From: Chloroflexota bacterium
GTDB taxonomy: Bacteria; Chloroflexota; Limnocylindria; Limnocylindrales; CSP1-4
Direction of reading: 5' to 3'
NCBI GenBank assembly: GCA_005889475.1
Contig: VBGT01000005.1
Coordinates: forward strand, 5,961-69,960
DNA: 64,000 nt
The notes beneath the pieces were generated by a model. It worked only from the letters and a program-made list of their open reading frames with translations. It made no database searches and was not told the DNA's origin. Position numbers and translations under genes: made by a program. Shown in pieces: positions 50,017-57,931 of the stretch. Positions within the stretch are counted from its first letter, which is position 1. Each line of letters starts with the position of its first letter.

Positions 50017-52067
50017 CCGTCGACGAGACGCGGGACCAGGAGACGGAAGGACTCGAGGCGGTGGCCGAGCCGGACCCAGAGCCGGCCGTCGAGGCGCCGA
50101 CGCCGCCCGCACCGGAACCGGACCACGACGCCCTCCTCGGGGTGACCGCCGTGGCCGACCCCACGGGCGCCGAGGCCGCAGCTGCGACGATCGCCGAGCT
50201 GGCAGCACCCGACGTTTCAGGAGCCGACGTCGAGGACGCGCCACCCGCCGAGTCGGGGCCCTCAGAGCCGGCCGAGGTCGAACCGGCGCTCGAGACGCTC
50301 GGCCCGGACTACTCGGAGGCGCCCGCGGACGCAGCTGCCGAACCCGCAGAGGCCGGCGCCGGGCTTGCCGAAGGTGCTGCCGCGCCGGCCGAAGGTGCTG
50401 CCGCGCCTGCCGAGCCGATGACCGTCGGTCGCATGTTCGCCGACGCGATCCGCCGAGCCGGCGTCCGCTGGGCGTTCACCGTGCCCGGCGAGAGCTTCCT
50501 TGGCCTCCTCGAGGGCCTCGAGGCCGTTGGCATCAACGTCGTCGCGACACGGCACGAGGGCGCCGCCTCGTTCATGGCCGAGGCGCACGCCCAGCTGACC
50601 GGACGCCCCGCGGCCTGCCTCGGCACGCGTGCCGTCGGCGGCTCGAACCTCGCGATCGGCATCCATACCGCGTACTCCGACTCGAGCCCGATGTTCGCGT
50701 TCGTCGGCCAGGTCGAGCGTCGCTCGCGCGGCCGAGAGGGCTTCCAGGAGATCGACGTCGCGGACACGATCGGCCGGCTCGCCAAGTGGTCGGCCGAGCC
50801 GGCGGACGTCGAGTCCGCCGTACAGGCCGCGGTCGATGCCGTGGACAAGGCGCTGAACGGCCGGCCCGGCCCGGTCGTGCTCTCGATCGCCGAGGACCTG
50901 CTCGACGAGCAGGTCCCTGCCGGGATGGGCCCGCATCTCGCGCGGGTCCCGCCACCCCGGCCCACCGAGGAGCAGGTCGGACAGGTTCTCCGGCTCCTTG
51001 CCGGCGCGCAGCGGCCGGTCATCCTCGCCGGCGCCGGCGTGCTGCGCGCGCGAACGTCCAATGACCTCGTCCGGCTGGCTGAGCTCCTGCGCGTGCCGGT
51101 GATCGCGTCGTGGCGCCGCGGTGACGTGATCTCGAACGACCATCCCCTGTACCTGGGCATGACCGGCTACGGATCGCCCCCGACCGTCCGGGCACGCCTC
51201 GAGGCCGCCGACGCGATGCTCGTGATCGGCTGCCGGCTGGGCGAGATCACGACGTTCGGCTGGTCGATCCCTGCAGCCGGCACGCGCTGGGCGTACGTCG
51301 ACATCGCGCCGGCGAGCCTGTCGGCAGAGCTCCCGGTTCCGCAGCTGACGGTCACCTCCGATGCGCGGCTGTTCCTGCGCGCGGCCGTCGCGCGGCTCGA
51401 GACGCGGGGCGTGCTCGACGCGGCCAGCACCGATGCCCGGGCAGGGACGAACGCCGAGGATCGCGCGGCGTGGGAGGCCGCCACGGTCATCGATGGCCAC
51501 GAGTGGAGCGGCCCCGGCGTGCATCCCGGCAAGGTCGTCACAACGCTCCGCCAGCTCCTCCCCGACGACGCGATCGTCACGACCGACGCCGGCAGCTTCG
51601 GCACCTGGGCGGCGCGCGGGTTCCGCTTCCGCCGGCCGGGAACCTTCCTCGGCTCGACATCGGGGGCAATGGGCTATGGCCTGCCCGCGGCGATCGCGGC
51701 CGGGCTCGTCCATCGCGATCGCGCGGTCGTCGCGCTCGTCGGCGACGGCGGGCTGGGCATGACCCTGGCCGAAGTCGAGACCGCGGTGCGGAGCGGCCTG
51801 CGGACGGTCGTGCTCGCCTTCGACAACCAGCGCTACGGCATGATCCGGAGCTATCAGGACAGGCGGCCGGGCGCGGCCGCCGTCGCCACCGACCTCGGGC
51901 CGATCGACTTCGCCGCCGCGGCGCGTGCGCTCGGGGCGCGGGGGGTGCGGGTCGAGGACGACGCCTCGTTCGAGCCGGCGCTCCGGCAGGCGCTCGTCGC
52001 CGACCGGCCGACCGTCATCCACCTCGTGGTCGATCGACGCTGGGAGGGCGTGGACAGCAGACCGTGA
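50013..52067 (+). CDS. thiamine-diphosphate-dependent enzyme (acetolactate synthase large-subunit-like) with about 135-aa acidic Ala/Pro/Glu N-terminal extension
   Basis: Core starts MTVGRMFADAIRRAGVRWAFTVPGESFLGLLEG; ThDP motif GDGGLGMT...FDNQ; the extension has coding-like GC3. Confidence 0.85.
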   Translation: MTVDETRDQETEGLEAVAEPDPEPAVEAPTPPAPEPDHDALLGVTAVADPTGAEAAAATIAELAAPDVSGADVEDAPPAESGPSEPAEVEPALETLGPDYSEAPADAAAEPAEAGAGLAEGAAAPAEGAAAPAEPMTVGRMFADAIRRAGVRWAFTVPGESFLGLLEGLEAVGINVVATRHEGAASFMAEAHAQLTGRPAACLGTRAVGGSNLAIGIHTAYSDSSPMFAFVGQVERRSRGREGFQEIDVADTIGRLAKWSAEPADVESAVQAAVDAVDKALNGRPGPVVLSIAEDLLDEQVPAGMGPHLARVPPPRPTEEQVGQVLRLLAGAQRPVILAGAGVLRARTSNDLVRLAELLRVPVIASWRRGDVISNDHPLYLGMTGYGSPPTVRARLEAADAMLVIGCRLGEITTFGWSIPAAGTRWAYVDIAPASLSAELPVPQLTVTSDARLFLRAAVARLETRGVLDAASTDARAGTNAEDRAAWEAATVIDGHEWSGPGVHPGKVVTTLRQLLPDDAIVTTDAGSFGTWAARGFRFRRPGTFLGSTSGAMGYGLPAAIAAGLVHRDRAVVALVGDGGLGMTLAEVETAVRSGLRTVVLAFDNQRYGMIRSYQDRRPGAAAVATDLGPIDFAAAARALGARGVRVEDDASFEPALRQALVADRPTVIHLVVDRRWEGVDSRP
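50367..50408 (+). repeat. 21-bp tandem duplication (encodes AEGAAAP twice) in the N-terminal extension of the ThDP enzyme
   Basis: gccgaaggtgctgccgcgccg / gccgaaggtgctgccgcgcct, 1 mismatch. Confidence 0.9.
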
Positions 52068-52219
52068 GCACCCCCGATCGATCGGCGGACATCGCAGCAG
52101 GGTAGCGGGGCTGCCACCGAACCGTGCAGAGGTCTTGCAACGGGGGCTGAACCCTCGCTCTCCGCGGCACCCACGGCGATACTGCCTCGCAGGGACTGAT
52201 TCCGTCGACCCGGAGTGTC

Positions 52220-53380
52220 ATGGCTGTTCGCGCGCTCAACGCCTCGACCGCCGCACCGATCGCCATCCAACAGCACACGGGCTGGAGGGCCGCCGAGCGG
52301 GACTCGCGGCAGATGCTCGAGGCGCTCGACGTCGCCGTCTATACCACCGATCGCGAGGGCCGGCTGACGTTCTTCAACGATGCCGCGGCACTCTTCTGGG
52401 GTCGGAAACCAGAGCTCGGCGAGCTGTGGTGCGGCTCGTACAAGCTGTTCCACCCGGACGGCTCGCCGATGGCCCACGACGAGTGCCCGATGGCGGTCGC
52501 GTTGCGCGAGGGTCGCGAGCTGCGTGGCGTCGAGGCGATCGCGGAGCGGCCCGACGGCTCGCGCGTCGCGTTCACGCCCTACCCGACGGTGCTCCGTGAC
52601 CCTGACGGGACCGTGATTGGCGCGGTCAACATCCTCGTCGACATCACCGATCGGATCCGTGTCGAGGACTCGCTGCGCGCCAGCGCGGAGGCGCTGCGCG
52701 CCTCGAACGCGGTGAAGGACGAGTTCCTGGGCCTCGTTTCCCACGAGCTGCGGACGCCGGTGACGACCATCTTCGGCAACGCCCGCCTCCTTCGCGACAG
52801 GGGCGACCGGCTCGCTGAATCGGACCGGGAATCGATGGTGTCCGACATCGCCGGCGAGGCGGAGCGCCTGCTGGGGGTGGTCGAGAACCTGCTCCTGCTC
52901 ACCCGCCTCGAGTCCGGCATCCACCCCGATCCCGAGCCGCAGGTCCTGGCCCACGTCGCCCGGATGATGCTCGACTCGTTCGAGCGACGCCATCCCGATC
53001 GCTCGATCGAGCTAAGGAGTGAGCCGCGCCACCTCATCGTCGAGGCGGACCGGCCGTACCTCGACCTCATCCTCGAGAACCTCCTGACCAACGCCGTCAA
53101 GTACAGCCCTGCCAGGTCGCCGATCGAGGTTGTCATCCAGGCGACCGAGGCGGAGGCCCAGTTGCTCGTGCTCGATCGGGGCATCGGGCTCGACGGCACT
53201 GACATGGAGCAGCTCTTCACCGCCTTCTACCGATCCGAGTCGGCGCGAAGCCACTCGGCCGGCCTCGGGATCGGGCTGGCCGCGTGCAAGCGGGTCGTCG
53301 AGAGCCTCGGCGGTCGTGTCTGGGCCGCACCGCGCGAGGGTGGTGGCTCCGAGTTCGGGTTCGCCCTGCCGCTCGCCTAG
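52220..53380 (+). CDS. cytoplasmic PAS-domain sensor histidine kinase (no adjacent response regulator)
   Basis: PAS region (LDVAVYTTDREGRLTFFNDAA...), H-box VSHELRTPV, N-box LLTNAVKY, G-boxes DRGIGL / GLGIGL; no TM helix. Confidence 0.9.
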   Translation: MAVRALNASTAAPIAIQQHTGWRAAERDSRQMLEALDVAVYTTDREGRLTFFNDAAALFWGRKPELGELWCGSYKLFHPDGSPMAHDECPMAVALREGRELRGVEAIAERPDGSRVAFTPYPTVLRDPDGTVIGAVNILVDITDRIRVEDSLRASAEALRASNAVKDEFLGLVSHELRTPVTTIFGNARLLRDRGDRLAESDRESMVSDIAGEAERLLGVVENLLLLTRLESGIHPDPEPQVLAHVARMMLDSFERRHPDRSIELRSEPRHLIVEADRPYLDLILENLLTNAVKYSPARSPIEVVIQATEAEAQLLVLDRGIGLDGTDMEQLFTAFYRSESARSHSAGLGIGLAACKRVVESLGGRVWAAPREGGGSEFGFALPLA

Positions 53381-53592
53381 GCCCGTGGACCGGCGCGTCG
53401 CCGCTTCACCGGCTGGTTCGCGGCCTTCCCCTGCGCATCCTGGATCTGCTTGAAGACCTTGCCCATGCCCGGGCGCAGCAGCGCCCTGGCCTCGGCCTCG
53501 GCATCCCGGTCGCGTCGACGAATCCGAGCCGCTTCCCGTGCGTCGATCTCGCCGTTCGGCTGGCGCGGTCGTTCGTCGAAGCCCTCGGACAT
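53377..53592 (-). CDS. hypothetical 71-aa basic protein
   Basis: Hand-delimited from the long antisense ORF: MSEGFDERPRQPNGEIDAREAARIRRRDRD...KRRRAGPRA; fairly high GC3; stop overlaps the kinase stop (CTAG); no RBS seen. Confidence 0.4.
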   Translation of the reverse strand: MSEGFDERPRQPNGEIDAREAARIRRRDRDAEAEARALLRPGMGKVFKQIQDAQGKAANQPVKRRRAGPRA

Positions 53593-53649
53593 GGTGCGAT
53601 CGTCGGTGGTGCCGGCGCCGGCGTCAACGGCCTCGGGTAGGCTTCGGGC

Positions 53650-54420
53650 GTGGCCGACGAGGAGAAGCTGAACCGCGAGCGAGCGGGCACGTATCGCACA
53701 ACAGACAGCCGATTCACGATCGAGCAGTCGGCGACCGGCTGGCTCCTCCTCGACAGCGAGCAGACGAACGAGCTCGGCCTGCCCCTGGCGCGCGGTCCCT
53801 TCGCCACGCTGGACGAAGCTCGCGGCGCGATCGGGGCGGCCCGTTCCGGCCCGCGGCCGATCTCGGATCTCGGTGAGCGCCGCGCCGCAAAGCAGGCATC
53901 GGCGAAGGATGCGACCGCTCGCGCCTCCGGCGGCGCGCCGGAGCGAGCGAAGGGCGCGCGTGCCGGCAAGGCGCGCAAGGCTCCGCCGCGGCCGACCGGG
54001 CGGGAGATGGTGATCCGGGAGCTCCGCACGGTCGATGGCGACGCGCTGCGCGCGCTGTGGCGGTCCGTTGGCTTCAATTCGATCGGCGACGACGACAGGA
54101 GCCTCGCCCGGCTCGCGCGGCGGAACCCCGGCCTGGTGCTGGTCGCGACCGAGGGCGGCCGGATCGTCGGCTCCGCGCTCGGGGCGTGGGACGGACGTCG
54201 CGGCTGGATCTACCACGTCGCCACCGCCGAGAGCCATCGGCGGCGCGGCGTCGCGTCCCGGCTCGTCGGCCAGGTCGAGGCCGGCCTGAGCGACCTCGGC
54301 TGCCCGAAGGTCAACGTGATGGTCCGCGACGAGAACGAGGGCGCCAGCGAGTTCTGGGCCGCTCGCGGCTACGCGATCGGGCCCGCGCGACAGCTCTCCC
54401 GGGAGCTCGGCTGGGCCTGA
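53650..54420 (+). CDS. GNAT N-acetyltransferase with unrecognised N-terminal domain
   Basis: C-terminal GNAT core (GWIYHVATAESHRRRGVASRLV...); N-terminal about 65 aa plus a basic Ala/Lys/Arg linker not recognised. Confidence 0.8.
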   Translation: MADEEKLNRERAGTYRTTDSRFTIEQSATGWLLLDSEQTNELGLPLARGPFATLDEARGAIGAARSGPRPISDLGERRAAKQASAKDATARASGGAPERAKGARAGKARKAPPRPTGREMVIRELRTVDGDALRALWRSVGFNSIGDDDRSLARLARRNPGLVLVATEGGRIVGSALGAWDGRRGWIYHVATAESHRRRGVASRLVGQVEAGLSDLGCPKVNVMVRDENEGASEFWAARGYAIGPARQLSRELGWA

Positions 54421-54691
54421 TCCGCCCAGTGTCGCGCCAGGCCCGCACGACCGGCGGCGACATGACGTCGTGATGCGGCGCCCGCCGCCCGCGACGAGAC
54501 TGCCATGGCGCCGATGGCGTGGCTGCGATTCGCCACGATGCGGCGCCGGCACGACCGCAATGGCCCAGGGCATAGCGTGAAAGACCAGCCGGCCCGGCCC
54601 CTGCGAGTATCGAGCGCTCGACCCCGGAGAGAGTCGGCGCGGAACCGTCGGGGCCCGGGCGCCGATCGGGCCGGGCCGGCGTCCACCTCCC

Positions 54692-54697
54692 TATGAT
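54692..54697 (+). promoter_or_regulatory. candidate -10 hexamer TATGAT for a leaderless osmC transcript
   Basis: TATGAT ends 6 nt before GTG 54704; no Shine-Dalgarno in between. Confidence 0.35.
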
Positions 54698-54703
54698 CTG
54701 CGA

Positions 54704-55213
54704 GTGAGCGACATCGGCGACGCCGTCGCCAGGGCCGGCGCCTACCTCACGGAGCACCCCGACGAGGCGCGCTACCGCGACTCGGCGGCGACGGCGCGGC
54801 TCGGCGCCGGCCTCCGGGTCGAGGTCGCCGGGCCCGCCGGCGAGCAGCTCGCGACCGACATGCCGCGGGGCATCGGCGGCGAGGCTTCCGTCCCATCGCC
54901 GGGTTGGTTCTTCCGCGCCGCCGCGGCCTCGTGCGTCGCCTCGCTGATCGGGATCCGAGCCGCCACCCTCGGGGTCGAGCTCAGGCCGGGCGACGTCGAA
55001 GTCGTGGTCGACAGTGAATCCGATGACCGGGGCATCCTCGGGCTCGACGATAGGATCGCCGCCGGCGCGCTGTCGATGAAGGTCGTGGTACGCATCAGCG
55101 GCACCAAGCTCGGCACCGATGCCCGGACCGCGCTGGCACGATGGGCGCTCGACCACTGCCCGGTCACTGACACGGCAAGCCGCGCTGTGCCGATCGAGCT
55201 CGAGGTCCGCTGA
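54704..55213 (+). CDS. OsmC family peroxiredoxin
   Basis: 169 aa; SPGWFFRAAAASCVAS and ALDHCPVTD, the two-Cys OsmC/Ohr pattern. Confidence 0.9.
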   Translation: MSDIGDAVARAGAYLTEHPDEARYRDSAATARLGAGLRVEVAGPAGEQLATDMPRGIGGEASVPSPGWFFRAAAASCVASLIGIRAATLGVELRPGDVEVVVDSESDDRGILGLDDRIAAGALSMKVVVRISGTKLGTDARTALARWALDHCPVTDTASRAVPIELEVR

Positions 55214-55264
55214 GCCAGCGCTCGGGACAAAGGGCCCGGCGAGTGCCGGTTAGCTTCCGGCTTC

Positions 55265-55531
55265 TCAGCCCGTGGGCGGCTTCGCGCCCGGCGCCGGGAA
55301 CAGCGCCTCGAATGACGACAGGAAGCGCTTGATCTCGCGCATCGAGATGACGATCCCGATCACGAGACTCAGGATGAAGCTGATCAAGCCGGCGAGCCCG
55401 GCAACGCCCGGGTCGTGGGTCGCCAGGAGCACGACGATGGCGAGCAAGCCGGCGAGCACCGCGCTGCAGATCACGGCGACCATCCCGGGCATGGTGGTGA
55501 AGCCGTGGAGAATTCCGCGGAACTCGCTCAT
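55265..55531 (-). CDS. small membrane protein (2 TM), probably the C-terminal half of a frameshifted 4-TM protein
   Basis: 88-aa ORF with two clear hydrophobic helices; high GC3 in this frame. Confidence 0.6.
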   Translation of the reverse strand: MSEFRGILHGFTTMPGMVAVICSAVLAGLLAIVVLLATHDPGVAGLAGLISFILSLVIGIVISMREIKRFLSSFEALFPAPGAKPPTG

Positions 55532-55532
55532 G

Positions 55533-56018
55533 TTTGTCGGTCCATAGCGCTGGAGTCGACCTCATGTCGTCATGGTGGGCAGTGATGAAGTACCGATCGA
55601 GCTCCGGAACCATCTCGTGGTACGCGTGCCGGAGGCGGTTCATGCCCTGCAGGTAGCGGATGTCCTCGTTGCTCGCGCCATTGATCCGACCCAGGCTCGC
55701 GAGCCCGATGAACAGGTCCAGGGTCAGCAGGATCGCGGCGACCGAGAGGAAGGAGTCGCTGAACCCGGTGGCCGTCGAGATGAGGCCGAGCACCAGGAGC
55801 GTGGCCGAGAGGAACGTCAGGAACATGCCGCCACGGGCGAAGGCCTCGTTGTAGACCAGCGATCGGGCGGTCAGCAGGCTCCAGTGCTCCGTCGTGAGGA
55901 TCTGCAGGGCGCGCGGGTCGTCCATGGCGAGCGTGCTCGATCCGCCTCGGTCGTCGCCGCCGCGGGTGTCGATCGGCCGGGCCTCCGCCGGCGCAGCCGG
56001 GACGAAACGATCTTCCAT
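55533..56018 (-). CDS. membrane protein, N-terminal half (2 TM); no in-frame stop until 55164, so the 3' end is unresolved
   Basis: ATG 56018 after ggaggagg; MEDRFV...ILTTEHWSLLTARSLVYNEAFARGGMFLTFLSATLLVLGLI...; downstream of 55531 this frame loses its GC3 bias. Confidence 0.6.
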
Positions 56019-56040
56019 GCGTCGGCCCTCCTCCAATCGC

Positions 56041-56304
56041 TCAGCCGCCGGACACCGCCGGGATGACATGGACCACCGCGCCCGGTGGCACCGGGGTCGT
56101 GAGGGTCGCTCGTTCGCCGCTCACGAAGACGTTGATATGGGTGCGGATGCTGGGCCCGGCGTCGAGGAGCCGGTTGCGAATGCCCGGAACCTGGGCGTCG
56201 AGATCCGCGATCACCTCCGCGACGGTGTCACCATGCGCCTCGACCCGACGGGGCGCGCCCGGGAACAGGGCGACCAGGGACCGCGGCAGGTGGACGTCGG
56301 CCAC
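56041..56304 (-). CDS. MoaD/ThiS-family ubiquitin-like beta-grasp protein ending in Gly-Gly
   Basis: 87 aa from a GTG 2 nt after the upstream stop; ...THINVFVSGERATLTTPVPPGAVVHVIPAVSGG*. Confidence 0.8.
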   Translation of the reverse strand: MADVHLPRSLVALFPGAPRRVEAHGDTVAEVIADLDAQVPGIRNRLLDAGPSIRTHINVFVSGERATLTTPVPPGAVVHVIPAVSGG

Positions 56305-56306
56305 GC

Positions 56307-57380
56307 TCAGTCGACGACTGCCGCCTCGACCGACCAGATCGCCGGCAGGTTGTCGGCGACGATCGACCATGTCTTGCCCTCGTCGCGGCTGCCGTACAGC
56401 TGGCCGGTGCTCGTCCCGAAGTAGACGCCCACCGGGTTCAGCCGATCGACGGCCATCGCCTCGCGCAGGACGGCGACCCAGGCATGCTCCTTCGGCAGGC
56501 CGGCATCGCTGCGCTTCCAGGTGTCGCCGCCGTCGTTCGTGCGGTACACACCGGCGTGCCCATCGGGCATGAACCGGCCCTGGTCGGGCTCGCTCAAGGG
56601 GATCGTCCAGACCGTCTTCGGGTCGCGCGGGTGGGCGGCCATCGGGAAGCCGAACTGGGTCGGCAGTCCCTTCGTGATCTCCTCCCACTGCCGGCCGCCG
56701 TTCGCCGAGCGGTACACGCCGCAGTGGTTCTGCTGGTACAGGAGCTCGCCACCGTCGGCGGCCATGACCAGCTTGTGCACGCACTGGCCGAACTCGGGCT
56801 CCGGATTCGGGTCGAAGTCGGCGCGGACACCCTTGTTCCGGAGCTCCCACGTGGCGCCGCCGTCGCGCGTCTCGAACGCACCGACGGCCGAGATGCCGAC
56901 CCAGACCCGGTCGGTATCGGTGGGGTGGGGGACGATCGAGTGAAGGCACAGCCCGCCATTGCCGGGTTGCCACTCGGGGCGCGTCGGGTGGTTGGTCAGG
57001 CCCTCGACGTGTTGCCACGTCACGGCCCCGTCGCCGCTCCGGAACAGCCCGGCCGGCTCGACGCCCGCGTATACCGCGTCCGGCCCGGCGGTCACGTTCC
57101 AGACCGTCGCGATCTTCGGGCCGTCGTCGCCGTACGTCAGGCCCTCGCTCGAGTGCGACCACGTGGCGCCAAGGTCATCGCTGCGCCAGACCGCGGGGCC
57201 GTACCAGTTGCTGCCGCCCGCCGCGAGCACCGCCCCGGTCGCCGGATCCACGATCGCATCGTGGATCGGCCAGCCATCGCACAGCGGTCCGCGGACATCC
57301 CACGTCTTCCGGTCGGCGTCGCCGTCGAGCACGAACAGGCCCTTCCGCGTCCCGACCAGCAACGCGACTCGCTCGGTCAT
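56307..57380 (-). CDS. BNR/Asp-box repeat beta-propeller protein (sialidase-like fold, no signal peptide)
   Basis: Six Asp-box motifs: SDDLGATW, SGDGAVTW, TRDGGATW, SANGGRQW, TNDGGDTW, SRDEGKTW. Confidence 0.85.
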   Translation of the reverse strand: MTERVALLVGTRKGLFVLDGDADRKTWDVRGPLCDGWPIHDAIVDPATGAVLAAGGSNWYGPAVWRSDDLGATWSHSSEGLTYGDDGPKIATVWNVTAGPDAVYAGVEPAGLFRSGDGAVTWQHVEGLTNHPTRPEWQPGNGGLCLHSIVPHPTDTDRVWVGISAVGAFETRDGGATWELRNKGVRADFDPNPEPEFGQCVHKLVMAADGGELLYQQNHCGVYRSANGGRQWEEITKGLPTQFGFPMAAHPRDPKTVWTIPLSEPDQGRFMPDGHAGVYRTNDGGDTWKRSDAGLPKEHAWVAVLREAMAVDRLNPVGVYFGTSTGQLYGSRDEGKTWSIVADNLPAIWSVEAAVVD

Positions 57381-57465
57381 GTCGCTCCTCCAAACGCAGG
57401 CCGGCGCCGGCCGGCCACGGTCTCTGCTGCTCTACCCTCAGCCTACCCGACGGAGGCGGGGACCG

Positions 57466-57858
57466 ATGACGCTGGTCAGCCTGGACTTCCTGTACACGCC
57501 GAGCACCGACGTGGCGGCCGATGCGCGCTACTTCGTCGAGGTCCTCGGCGCCGAGCTCGGCTTCGCGATCGAGGATGGCGGGACCCGCGTGGCGATGGTG
57601 TCGTTCGGCAGCCCGCCGGCGATCCTGCTGACCGACCACCTCGAGGGCGATCGGCCGATCCACATGTACGCGGTGGACGATCTGTCGGCGACGAGGGATG
57701 AGCTCGAGGCACGCGGCTGGCACCCGGACCGGTCGATCGAGCTGCCGCCCGGGCCGGCGACCACCTTCCGCACGCCCGGCGGCCTTCGCGTCGCGATCTA
57801 CGAGCCCTCCCGGCCCTTCGTCATCGAATCCTTCCGAGGCCGTCGCGACTTCAGCTGA
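57466..57858 (+). CDS. VOC (glyoxalase/bleomycin-resistance/dioxygenase) family protein
   Basis: 130 aa from ATG 57466 after ggaggcgggg; beta-alpha-beta-beta-beta-like pattern typical of the VOC family. Confidence 0.8.
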   Translation: MTLVSLDFLYTPSTDVAADARYFVEVLGAELGFAIEDGGTRVAMVSFGSPPAILLTDHLEGDRPIHMYAVDDLSATRDELEARGWHPDRSIELPPGPATTFRTPGGLRVAIYEPSRPFVIESFRGRRDFS

Positions 57859-57931
57859 GGCCATTGCGGCCCGAGCAAACCGCCGGGTAGGCGACCCGGC
57901 GATAGACTCGGCGCGATCGGAGGACCCCTCG

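Noticed and set aside
54421-54703. 283-nt spacer between the GNAT gene and osmC, with short palindromes (GACGTC, GCCATGGC/GCCGATGGC) and two small ORFs (63 aa +, 105 aa -)
   Set aside because: The ORFs are Arg/Pro-rich with no codon bias, the palindromes are short and GC-driven, and I could not draw a convincing extended structure. Apart from the osmC -10 element nothing is supportable.
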